Source: an uncultured delta proteobacterium (lineage in GTDB: Bacteria > Bdellovibrionota > FAC87 > UBA2466). From it: a stretch of 64,000 nt of DNA. The notes beneath the pieces are model-generated. The model was given only the letters and a program-made list of their open reading frames with translations, had not been told where the DNA came from and ran no database searches. A program made the translations under genes and the position numbers. This document shows, one piece after another, positions 50,328 through 59,729 of this stretch. The stretch covers positions 1,760,001 to 1,824,000 of the forward strand of contig CAVZSV010000004.1 of NCBI GenBank assembly GCA_963778115.1, read 5' to 3'. Numbering within the stretch: the stretch's first letter is position 1; each line of letters opens with the position of its first letter.

Positions 50328-50876
50328 TTAGAGGGTGATGGGACAAGCGACGCTGCTTCCGTCCCAGTGGCATAATTTCGAACCTACGGAAAACCAAACA
50401 TAGCTATTTGCCGTGAATCTAAGATTAAGAACAGGATTCCCATCCGTCGTCGAATAGATGGTCGTTGTGGACGATCCATCCCACGAATAGAGATTGCTGC
50501 CGGCCGTAAACCAAACATAACTATCCTGGGTAAATAAGATCGCCGAAATAGCAAGCGCGTCCGTGGTTGTGGCTACTCGAGTGACGGATGTACCATCATA
50601 ACGATATAAATTTGCCCCTCCACTGAACCAGACGTTGCTATTAGCGGTGAATTTTATATTTTGAACGGGCGATCCGTCTGCAGTGGTATAAACCAAAGCG
50701 GTGTTAGTGCCATCCCACGAATAGAGTTTGGAGCCTGCCGCAAACCAAACGTAGCTCGATTCCGTGAATTCAATGCTGCTTATTGATGTGGGATCGCTAA
50801 TATTGTGAACGGTTAAGTCCGCGCCAAAAACCGATGAACAAAGCCCTAAAAGAACAAACCCATAAAGTAATTTCAT
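50328..50876 (-). CDS. Secreted four-repeat beta-propeller-like protein
   Basis: Four ~39-aa repeats of F.T..S.VWF..G..LY.WDG; signal peptide from ATG 50876 (track start 50978). Confidence 0.75.
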   Translation of the reverse strand: MKLLYGFVLLGLCSSVFGADLTVHNISDPTSISSIEFTESSYVWFAAGSKLYSWDGTNTALVYTTADGSPVQNIKFTANSNVWFSGGANLYRYDGTSVTRVATTTDALAISAILFTQDSYVWFTAGSNLYSWDGSSTTTIYSTTDGNPVLNLRFTANSYVWFSVGSKLCHWDGSSVACPITL

Positions 50877-50935
50877 AATACCCCCACTCACGGAGATATA
50901 TTCAATGGGTTCGGGTGTCAATTTAGGAAGCCTTC

Positions 50936-51874
50936 TTAATGAAAAGAGGTAACCCGCACGCCGTGCTGATACCCCCAAAGATAGTTGGAAAACTCGCGGC
51001 TATTCGAACCGGTAATGACATTCATCCCCGAAACTTCATAGCTAGACCCGTATGGCCGTTGGACTTTTCCTTCCACGAAGAGCCCCTCTCCGTTTTCTAA
51101 CACCGAATTGAGCACCGTCCAAAAACGGGAGGTTTGATCCCACATTTCTCTCACCATTCCCGACTTGAGAATAATCGCTTGCGGTTGGACTCTTAACAAT
51201 TCACGAGGAAGCCAACTGTCTTCCGTGGAATTTTCTGCAGTAATCTCTAGATTAAGCTGGATCAAACGACGAAGGGGGGTTCCGTTGCCCGTATCAAAAT
51301 CACAAATTCCGTGAGTTCGATAAACCCCTTTTTCTTCTCGCTCGATAAGCTGAACTCGTCGAAGACGTACCTGTGGAATCGAGACGGAAAGCATTCCCAA
51401 AGTCCTTGAACCAACCTCTGTAAGTTCATCGAGCTTGTGAACAGGAACAAAGCCAGCTGCTGGTGGACCGTAATTCGGTATCACTCTAAAAGTATTTCCG
51501 ACGCGAGAGACACTTTCCACGAAGGGATGGTTATCAATGGCGATGACTTGTCTGGCGTTCGGAAAGAGAAGGAATGCCAGAGCTGCGTCGGTGCCTGAAA
51601 AAGGATAGAGCACGGTCTCGACCTCTTTCGCCTGAGGGAAGGCGTTTTCGATGTCGCCTCCTAGAGTACTTAAATGGGAGAGATAACCTGGTAACCGGTA
51701 CCGGGGGCTTCCCCAACCAGGAAACCGCCTCGGCTCGGACTTGGCTACGACTCTGGTCTGTGGAATATGAAAACGATTCCGGCGCGACATTTCTGCGACC
51801 GATACCGCGCATCCTAAGGAATAATTGAAAGACCCCAGAGCAAGAAAAAGACCGATGTAAGACGCTGTCGGCAT
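50936..51874 (-). CDS. Exported hypothetical protein, possible Rossmann/methyltransferase-like fold
   Basis: Signal-like N-terminus; VLYPFSG.D...AF.LFPNA..VIAID resembles SAM-binding motifs I/II. Confidence 0.5.
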   Translation of the reverse strand: MPTASYIGLFLALGSFNYSLGCAVSVAEMSRRNRFHIPQTRVVAKSEPRRFPGWGSPRYRLPGYLSHLSTLGGDIENAFPQAKEVETVLYPFSGTDAALAFLLFPNARQVIAIDNHPFVESVSRVGNTFRVIPNYGPPAAGFVPVHKLDELTEVGSRTLGMLSVSIPQVRLRRVQLIEREEKGVYRTHGICDFDTGNGTPLRRLIQLNLEITAENSTEDSWLPRELLRVQPQAIILKSGMVREMWDQTSRFWTVLNSVLENGEGLFVEGKVQRPYGSSYEVSGMNVITGSNSREFSNYLWGYQHGVRVTSFH

Positions 51875-52085
51875 ATAAAGGGACCTCTTCTATCGGTTTA
51901 TTTGAAATAATTCAATGAGGGGCGCAAAAACCGGCGTATTTACATTAAGTTAATCGGAATAGATCTAAGTATTCTTTTGACTCGGAGCCGATACCGTCGG
52001 AGAATTTTAAAGCAAATCGAAAGTCCAATCGCTAAAACGTGTCCTTCCCAGACTAAAGACTCTTAACCCCAAAAGGAGAGTTCAA

Positions 52086-52436
52086 ATGAATATTCTATTG
52101 TGGATTTTTCAAGGCTTGCTGGCTTTCTGGAATATAACGGGCGGCATTTATACGGCTATGAATTATGAACAACTCAAAAGTGCTTGGGCAAGCGGTTTAC
52201 CCAAGCCTGCTTGGATAGCCGTCGGCGGACTCCAAGCTCTATTTGCACTAGGTTTAATCTTGCCGGGTTTAACCGGTACTTTACCCAAACTGACTCCTAT
52301 ATCGGCAGGGTATCTATCCGTTAACTCGCTCGTGGGATGTCTGTTATTCGCCAAGTACGCAGGGTTCCCAGGCATGCTCTGGGGTATTGTGCCCGCAATG
52401 GTAGCTGCATTTGTGGCTTATGGGAGAATGTCCTAG
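52086..52436 (+). CDS. DoxX-like family membrane protein
   Basis: MNI.LWI.Q.LLA, G.L..L.A.GLILP, LTP..A and FVAYGR motifs; AAGGAG SD. Confidence 0.85.
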   Translation: MNILLWIFQGLLAFWNITGGIYTAMNYEQLKSAWASGLPKPAWIAVGGLQALFALGLILPGLTGTLPKLTPISAGYLSVNSLVGCLLFAKYAGFPGMLWGIVPAMVAAFVAYGRMS

Positions 52437-52439
52437 GTC

Positions 52440-52993
52440 GTTCTGAAAGAGCGGAGCACCGACCCGAAGTTTATTGTTTGCAGACAAGAAATCGTCCGAT
52501 GGAATCGTTTCCAACAGCCCGGCCTGAATAGCTTGCGGAATGGTCAAAGCTTGCATCCGACGAAACAAGTCTGCACGAATGTCCTTTACCCCCACAGAGG
52601 TATTTCTTATTTCTCCGAACTCAAGCTTTCTCTGTTTTTCACAATAGGAGGGTCCCTTTAGACTAGACCCTTCGCTCTTCTTTAATTTCAGATCCACGAC
52701 TGTGGTGCGGATCTCGTCTTGGATAAACTGAGCACCACAAATGATAGAGACTCCCTTCTTGGTGGGGAACCACTGAGAAATCATACAAACCATTTGCTAT
52801 CTCTATGAACGAATACTTATTAATATTTTGCGTCTCCCACGCCGAGGCAATATTAGCCAGCTCCGTTATTTGCTGGGTAACTAAATCGATAAGGTAAACC
52901 CCTTCCGCAGGCTCTGTTCCGTCCTTTAAATGAATCTTGCCCAGAGCGACCGAAGACAAAGAAAAGTCAAAAGAAGTGCAATTGAGGATTTCA
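52440..52993 (-). pseudogene. Probable frameshifted gene for a secreted protein
   Basis: GTG-KSSIALLLTFL (from ~52993) continues as a signal peptide only after a frame change into LSSVALGK (ORF 52663-52959), and a third overlapping frame follows (52344-52793). Confidence 0.35.
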
Positions 52994-53082
52994 CATAAAT
53001 GAGGATATTTTCGCGGGCATGGAAAGGCAAACTTCCTACTCAGAGGAGATCTTTTTCTTTCGATATGGTATATGCCCCGACC

Positions 53083-53937
53083 ATGAAATCGCTGATTTTA
53101 ATAGCGTGGCTTGGAGTCTCGACTCTGGTGACCAGCGTGGCCGTCGCTCGCTGCGATCTAGAACTCCTTGCTAGGTATGCCTACCGAACTCCAGGCGGTC
53201 GGACTTCCGAGGATAAGGCCTACTGGTTCCACTACAAAAATACGCCCGCTCCTCGACCTACCCTATGGGATCTCTCCGATCCCGATCCCTATGCCACAGC
53301 GCCTGAGATCGCGAATTGGCCTAGGATCATCGGCGTGAATCAACACCAACCTTTCATCCCCACCGCCCACGAAAGAGACCTCCTTCTTATGAGAAAGGGC
53401 GATATTGTAATTTTCGACGGATGTGAATACCGGATCGACGAATTTTTTGGCGCTGGAAACTCCACGCATGTCTATTCGGTAGTGCAGCCATCGGAACTAG
53501 TACTCGGAGTTCCCTTCCTGTCCGGATTTTGGGGACAAATACTCAGAACGGGCACACGCCCCACCCATCTGCACGATATGCGTTATTCGATGGAAATCAG
53601 TACGGTATCATTGCAAGGAAAACGCCATGCAGTCAGAGTCTACTCCGATCCTTCCGGTAGGTACCGTTACCGATTCACCACGAAAGTCAGAGGACGCCGA
53701 GAGTCGGGATGGGAACTAATCCAAAGACTCTTTCCTGATGTCACCATCGGCCAGAACGTCTATTCACTGAAAATGGAGGCTGTGGAGAATCTGCAGGACC
53801 GAGTTCGTCTCGAGCGACTCATTAGTTACTTGATGCAAGAGAGAGATTTTTCTGCCGAAAGGGCGAGCGACTTTCTTTGGGATGAGGATCGGACAGATTG
53901 GCTTCGGATCGATGGCGATGACAGTCGATGGTATTAG
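53083..53937 (+). CDS. Secreted hypothetical protein with protein-kinase-like remnants
   Basis: Signal peptide from ATG 53083 (track start 52999). Y.I..FFGAG....VY resembles a Gly loop, and DFLW......W..ID lies at the C-terminus. Confidence 0.55.
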   Translation: MKSLILIAWLGVSTLVTSVAVARCDLELLARYAYRTPGGRTSEDKAYWFHYKNTPAPRPTLWDLSDPDPYATAPEIANWPRIIGVNQHQPFIPTAHERDLLLMRKGDIVIFDGCEYRIDEFFGAGNSTHVYSVVQPSELVLGVPFLSGFWGQILRTGTRPTHLHDMRYSMEISTVSLQGKRHAVRVYSDPSGRYRYRFTTKVRGRRESGWELIQRLFPDVTIGQNVYSLKMEAVENLQDRVRLERLISYLMQERDFSAERASDFLWDEDRTDWLRIDGDDSRWY

Positions 53938-53991
53938 GCAAATCTAGTCAAGCCATGACGGGCAGGTACTCAATCATAGCCAGATAGGATT

Positions 53992-54801
53992 TTAAAGACA
54001 AAAACCGGTGTCCGTTTTCCGACAATCGTGAGTCAGGGTGTTCAAACCGGGGGCAGGTCCGCTTATGGTCTTCTTGTCTTTGAGCACGTAGGTGGTCTCA
54101 AAGGCGCCGTAGATCATATTCACTTTTGGTAGAATCTGGGTTTGGTAGAAATTTTGAAACTCAAGGGGATAAGGCGGGTTCCCGAATTCCGCTAGTAAAA
54201 ACGCAAGAATTTGTTTGGGATCCGTGGACGAAAAGGCCGGCTCGGCGAGAGTATCTTGAAAAGAATTTAGATCGATTAGGGACGGAAAAAATGTGGACTG
54301 GGCACGTTGGTCCTTGATTTGAAAAGTAGCATTGGAACCGGCCCCCGACACGACTCCCGACTGAATTGAAAACCTGGCAAACACGCCAAAGGCTCTCTCG
54401 AAGGGAACCACGTTATTTCCATAGATGGGTTTTCCTTCCAGACTAGCGATTTGTTCTCGAAGAACGGAAAGGTCGCTACTACTTACCGCTTGAATGGCTA
54501 GATTTATTTCAAACTGGGCAAGCTCTCCCACTTTATTGCGATAGCATGCCAGCGTTAAATCAGTCCAAATGCGATCCTCGTCCATAAGATCACTAAATGG
54601 CTTTGCAAGCGCTGAAAGTAGTTTTCCCGTACACAAGACGGGAATATTAGTTTGATACCAACCATCGGTGACCCAAGTCGCTGTCTTGCGTTCTCTATGG
54701 CCAGGGACCTTATGGTTAAACGAAGAGACCATCAAAGAGGAATTGCTAGCGATCGCACTTAAGGAAAACAGACAAATCCCGGTAAGCAAACATTTAATCA
54801 T
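53992..54801 (-). CDS. Secreted protein resembling Legionella Lpg0189 (NttE) type II secretion substrate
   Basis: Similar length, signal peptide and Cys spacing. ERA.GV, F.S.DP..IL.F and a terminal C-x6-7-CL match my recollection of the Lpg0189 family. Confidence 0.6.
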   Translation of the reverse strand: MIKCLLTGICLFSLSAIASNSSLMVSSFNHKVPGHRERKTATWVTDGWYQTNIPVLCTGKLLSALAKPFSDLMDEDRIWTDLTLACYRNKVGELAQFEINLAIQAVSSSDLSVLREQIASLEGKPIYGNNVVPFERAFGVFARFSIQSGVVSGAGSNATFQIKDQRAQSTFFPSLIDLNSFQDTLAEPAFSSTDPKQILAFLLAEFGNPPYPLEFQNFYQTQILPKVNMIYGAFETTYVLKDKKTISGPAPGLNTLTHDCRKTDTGFCL

Positions 54802-55018
54802 GTGTGTGGATATCCTTGTGTGTCTTGAACTAAAATTTCAGTCGATAAAATTTTGTCTATAGTAATGCAGAAAATTCACCACAGCATGACTCTGCGCGGT
54901 CTTAGTGCGGAGACGTTTTGTCCCTACCCCATGTGAATTTTACAATCGACAGTCCTTAGCGAATTCCTCTTGCGCCCTACTCATCCTTAACTTTAATTTG
55001 ATGGGGGGAGGGGAACAG

Positions 55019-58000
55019 ATGATCACACGCCGTCACGGGATATGGGCTTACTTCATTCTATTTTCGATGACATTCGCGATTGGGAATTCAACGCAAGCGG
55101 ACGTCTCGGCACTGACTCCGGAGCTTGCGGAACTTTTGTCTCATAACGTCAATCGTTCGGTGATCGTTCTTCTTAAAAATCGCGTCACCGATGATGAAGC
55201 AACGAGTGATCAAGAACCTCTAATAGACGAACTGCGGCAAGTCGGAGGGATCCGAGTAAAACGCTTTCGCATGATTAATGCCATCGCCGCCACCGTATCC
55301 GAAGGAGAGTTGGCGCGCCTTAAAGCGCACCCAATGGTGGCGCAAGTCATTCCAGATCGAGTCATTCGTCGTGCCCCGTCTCAGTCCGTCGGGGCCATAC
55401 CAAGCAGGGCGAGTGGAGCGGGCGTCAGTGCGCTGATTCCCAATGTGATCCCCGGCGCCTGCGGTGATAATGGCAAAGTTCAACTGGAACCGGAAGCTTT
55501 AGAAACCACCCACACAAATTCCGATACTTCTTCTACCCCCACGGCTCGCTCTCTCGGTTTGACCGGTGCCGGTGTGAAGGTCGCCTATATGGCGGAGGGA
55601 ATTGATACCCAAAATGTAAACTTTCTCAGAGCGGATGGAACTTCCGCTTTTGCGGACTACCAAGATTTTAGTGGTGACGGCCCCGGGGGCGTTACCGACG
55701 GAGACGAAGCTTTCCTCGATGCGAATGCCATCGCGGGCCAAGGACTTCATGTTTACGATGTCAGTAACTTCAGTGCGCAGTCAGCACCTGCCGCATGCAA
55801 TGTTCGGATCGAAGGGGTGGCTCCCGGGGTCGATTTAGTAGGCCTCAAGGTATTTAGTCAAACCAACGATTCGACGCAATCTGGGTTTCTTCAAGCGATC
55901 GAATATGCGGTCTCCATTGCCCACGTCAATGTTCTAAACGAATCCTTCGGTTCAAACCTTTTCCCTGATGTCACTTCGGCTGACATTTTAAAACAGTTTA
56001 ACGATGCCGCCGTTCAGGCCGGAGTCACGGTCACCGTTTCCAGCGGAGACGCCGGATCCACCAATACGATAGGGACACCCGCCACGGATCCTCTGGTGAT
56101 CTCAGTGGGCGCTTCGACGACCTACCGCTTTTATGCGCAGACCAATTACGCGGCCGCTCGTTATTTTGCGACGACCGGCTGGCTGAATGACAACATCAGC
56201 CCGCTTAGCTCGGGGGGGTTTACTCAAACGGGAGCTACTTTAGATCTCGTGGCTCCCGGAGATCTTGCCTTTGCCTCTTGCGATGCTAGCTCCAACTATC
56301 AAGGCTGCCTCGATCTCGATAATCGGCCTTCCAATGTGGAAAAGAGCGGAGGAACCAGCATGGCCGGTCCCCTCACCGCGGGAGCTGCCGCCCTTGTCAT
56401 CCAGGCCTATCGACAAAGCCATGCCAACGTCTCGCCCACCCCGGCAATGGTAAAGCAAATTCTGCTAAGTGCGGCGACCGATCTTGGACTTCCTTCCATT
56501 GAACAGGGCGCGGGCATTTTGAATAGCTACAAAGCAGTAGTCCTCGCCGAAATGGTGGATAACGGGACGGTACCCGCCTCTCAACCCGCAACGTCCGCAA
56601 ACGAACAGCCGTTACTCTTTTCGGTGAATCAGTTGAATGGAGTGGGAGTGGCAGCATCTAAACAAAGATGGCCAGTCACCGTCACCAACACCACGCAAGT
56701 AGGGCAACAAGTAACCGTAACGGGTCGCACCTTTGGACCTATCGCAAACGTGCAGACCGGAGTAGCTACCTTAATGGACTCGTCGAGTCCGCAATTCGTC
56801 GATTTCGCGGGTGTCCAGAGCAATTATCAAACGTTTACTTTCACCGTGCCCGCTAGCGGCGCTGATAAATTGAACGCATCGCTTGCCTATCCCGGAAATG
56901 CGGCGAATGGAGATAATGCTCGAATCCGACTCATTCTCATCGATCCTAAAGGAAGGTTCGCGGCCCACTCAGTCCCACAAGGTGTCGGTAACTTTGGGAG
57001 CGTTGATGTCAGAACTCCCCTCCCCGGAACGTGGACGGGAGTTATCTTCGGAGAGGTCGCCTCCGCTAAAGGAACCAACGGAAAGATTCCGTGGCAGATC
57101 TCAACTCAGTCCTTCGTTCCCTTCGGGCGTGTGTCGCGTCCCAGCTTTTTCCTTGCTCCCGGCGAGAGCCAAACTTTTCGAGTGGCGGCAACCGTTCCGA
57201 CGACACCTGGAGATTCCTCGGGTGCCATCGTTATCACTTCTTCGGTTGGCGGAACCGATACCTATGTCGGAACGGAAAGCGGAACGATCCCAGTAACTCT
57301 GCGGAGTCTAGTAAACCTCGCCTCCGGCGGAGGCTTTGGCGGAATCGTGACTGGTGGCAATGGGCGCCCGGATGGCGGCGGTCAGACTCAGTACTACGAA
57401 TTTGACGTTGACGCTGGCCACTCAAGCCTTGTCGCTAACCTTTCCCTTACTAATGACGGCAGCGATACGGTAGGTTTGTACTTAGTCAATCCGGACGGAG
57501 TCGCCGTGGGCTTTGGTCAAAATAGTATCGGGGGAAGCAATAGCCTCTCTGTGACTGCTTCAACGCTAAATCCCCCGGCTGGGCGCTGGACACTCATTGC
57601 AAGTTTCTCCAATGTCGTGGGAAATGAAATCGCCCAGGCCTACACGGGTTCTCTTCAACTGGATCCCGTAGTCGCTACCGCAAGCGAATTGCCAAATAGC
57701 ATGTTTACTCAACTACCGGCTGGAGTTCCCGTAACCATTCCGGTCACGGTTACCAACTCCGGGGCAGGTCCCGTATCCCTTTTTATCGACGCACGACTGG
57801 ATAGTGTGGTCAATATTCCTTTAGCAGCCATGGGACTACCGACTGGATTTAAAGGTTTCCAGGTTCCGCTACCTCTGACAGCCCAGCCTCCGCAGTGGCT
57901 GGTCCCGACACAGACATTGGGACTCTTGGCGGTAGCAACGGCAAATGTTCCCATCGAGTTCGACTATAGTCCCAGTAGCGATCCGGATCTGTATGGAACA

Positions 58001-58432
58001 CCGACGGATAACGGCGCTGGCCCCACGTACACGGCGCAAAGCTCCTATACTCCAACAGGTGGAGTCGTCTCCCCAGGAATCTGGACAGCCACTCCAAGTG
58101 AGATAGGACCCTATCCGGCAAGTGGGGCACCGGAAGGCTTGGTGAATTTCCAGTTCACGGCGACCACAAAGGCTTTCGACATGACGATCACCGCTCCGAC
58201 TGGCGATCTGTGGCTTTCGTCGACAAACGCTTCCTACTCGGGTCTGACTCCCGTTATCGTGAATCCTGGCGAATCCACGGTGATCAATGTCACGCTGACA
58301 CCTTCCGGGGCTTCGGGAGCCCAAATGAGTGGAACGCTTTATGTCGATGCGTCGGTTCCTTCAGTTCCGCCGTTTGGGCAGACAACGGGAAGCGAGTATG
58401 CTGCGATCCCTTACGTCTATACGGTTAAATAA
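55019..58432 (+). CDS. Large secreted S8/S53-clan serine peptidase with an I9-like prodomain and beta-sandwich tail
   Basis: TGAGVKVA, GVAPG..L..LKVF, SSGDAG, PA.DP.VISVGAST, DLVAPG, GGTSMAGP..AG.AAL, QGAG. Probable start ATG 55019 (track start 54905). Confidence 0.9.
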   Translation: MITRRHGIWAYFILFSMTFAIGNSTQADVSALTPELAELLSHNVNRSVIVLLKNRVTDDEATSDQEPLIDELRQVGGIRVKRFRMINAIAATVSEGELARLKAHPMVAQVIPDRVIRRAPSQSVGAIPSRASGAGVSALIPNVIPGACGDNGKVQLEPEALETTHTNSDTSSTPTARSLGLTGAGVKVAYMAEGIDTQNVNFLRADGTSAFADYQDFSGDGPGGVTDGDEAFLDANAIAGQGLHVYDVSNFSAQSAPAACNVRIEGVAPGVDLVGLKVFSQTNDSTQSGFLQAIEYAVSIAHVNVLNESFGSNLFPDVTSADILKQFNDAAVQAGVTVTVSSGDAGSTNTIGTPATDPLVISVGASTTYRFYAQTNYAAARYFATTGWLNDNISPLSSGGFTQTGATLDLVAPGDLAFASCDASSNYQGCLDLDNRPSNVEKSGGTSMAGPLTAGAAALVIQAYRQSHANVSPTPAMVKQILLSAATDLGLPSIEQGAGILNSYKAVVLAEMVDNGTVPASQPATSANEQPLLFSVNQLNGVGVAASKQRWPVTVTNTTQVGQQVTVTGRTFGPIANVQTGVATLMDSSSPQFVDFAGVQSNYQTFTFTVPASGADKLNASLAYPGNAANGDNARIRLILIDPKGRFAAHSVPQGVGNFGSVDVRTPLPGTWTGVIFGEVASAKGTNGKIPWQISTQSFVPFGRVSRPSFFLAPGESQTFRVAATVPTTPGDSSGAIVITSSVGGTDTYVGTESGTIPVTLRSLVNLASGGGFGGIVTGGNGRPDGGGQTQYYEFDVDAGHSSLVANLSLTNDGSDTVGLYLVNPDGVAVGFGQNSIGGSNSLSVTASTLNPPAGRWTLIASFSNVVGNEIAQAYTGSLQLDPVVATASELPNSMFTQLPAGVPVTIPVTVTNSGAGPVSLFIDARLDSVVNIPLAAMGLPTGFKGFQVPLPLTAQPPQWLVPTQTLGLLAVATANVPIEFDYSPSSDPDLYGTPTDNGAGPTYTAQSSYTPTGGVVSPGIWTATPSEIGPYPASGAPEGLVNFQFTATTKAFDMTITAPTGDLWLSSTNASYSGLTPVIVNPGESTVINVTLTPSGASGAQMSGTLYVDASVPSVPPFGQTTGSEYAAIPYVYTVK

Positions 58433-58508
58433 TCTAGTTAGCCCGGCCCGAAAATGGGATCGCCGGAATCATCCTCTCATCGTATAATTAAATTTTGGGG
58501 GGACTTTA

Positions 58509-59333
58509 ATGCTTTGGAGTATTTTCTTCTTCCTTGCGGTCATGGCGAAAGCTGACGACGCCAAAGCGCCCCCGCCTCCTTCTCTTCCACCGCCGCAGAT
58601 GCCAGCACCTCATTCGAGAAATACAGAGCGGTACTCGGCGGAGCCCAGAGACGCTGGCACCCTGGCTAATGACTCCGATGAAGCTCTTCCCCGAGTTGCG
58701 CACCAAATGTTCATCGAAGACGATCGCCGGATCAAATGGTTTTCCTTTCAAGCAGATGCAGATATCGATCAGGCGAAAAAGGTCGCGACACTCGCCACGA
58801 CGGATCTTAAGACTTTGGAAGGAGAGCTTTCTAAACGACTCCATACCAGGCTAGTATCTGCTGTGGCGAACTCTGGAATGTCCGAAGCGGATGTGGAGAT
58901 TTTGATCAGTGATCAAACGACAAAGTTACGTGAAGCAAAGAGAAAAGAAGACCTGGCCAGACTTCGGTTAAATGAAGTTCAGAATAATATTCGCTACAAC
59001 CAACAGGGGAAACAAAGAGCGCTGAAAGGCGTTAGCCAATTCCAAACTCAAGCGCAAAAGAACGATTACCTCAAACAAGTCGACCTTGAAATTAACGATA
59101 GGGTCAAAGAAGAGGCCAAGCTTCAAGAAAAGATACACACCGCCCATGCAGACAACCGGGCGGCTTGGGATGCCCTCGATAAGTTAAAACTCTCATATGA
59201 TGAGATCTCTGGATTAGTCGTCTTAATCGACGACAAGGGCGAAGCCTCCGCCCGTCTCAACGGGGGAAAACTCCGCGGAAATTCGCCCACGTTTGTCGGA
59301 TGGAGCGGGCTAATTAATCACATCTCCCCTTAA
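58509..59333 (+). CDS. Secreted coiled-coil protein with a Pro-rich N-terminus
   Basis: Signal peptide, PPPPSLPPP, then a long K/E/Q-rich helical region. Confidence 0.7.
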   Translation: MLWSIFFFLAVMAKADDAKAPPPPSLPPPQMPAPHSRNTERYSAEPRDAGTLANDSDEALPRVAHQMFIEDDRRIKWFSFQADADIDQAKKVATLATTDLKTLEGELSKRLHTRLVSAVANSGMSEADVEILISDQTTKLREAKRKEDLARLRLNEVQNNIRYNQQGKQRALKGVSQFQTQAQKNDYLKQVDLEINDRVKEEAKLQEKIHTAHADNRAAWDALDKLKLSYDEISGLVVLIDDKGEASARLNGGKLRGNSPTFVGWSGLINHISP

Positions 59334-59729
59334 ATCGGGAATTTGCAAACGCACCGCCGAAGGTGTCTTCTATCACTCCTTGCGGCCCAAACTTTTCCGC
59401 CGGCATCGGTTAGAGAAACCTCAGTTACCCAGCCCTTTTCCTTCATCCCCCCACAATACGTAGGAACGTTTCACGAGTAACTCCAGTGCCCAGACTCTCG
59501 TTTCGTACCGCGCGACCCGAAATTTTCATAAACGTTACAAGGCCCAGAACCAAAAATAGAGGTTTCATGAGCGTCTTAGATAACGAGGTCGACTTTTTCT
59601 ATGCTTTACAGCGAAGCTTGATTGACACAGTGAGTTAAAAACTGCTAACCACTGAGCCATTGGTAGCGAGGTGCTCATGAGTAACGATTGTTTTTATTGT
59701 TCTTTTCTTATCGTCTCAAGTGAGAAGCT

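Noticed and set aside
59334..59729. ~400-bp intergenic region as a possible ncRNA or riboswitch
   Set aside because: I found no recognisable conserved motif or convincing extended structure by eye; an Rfam/Infernal scan would be needed.
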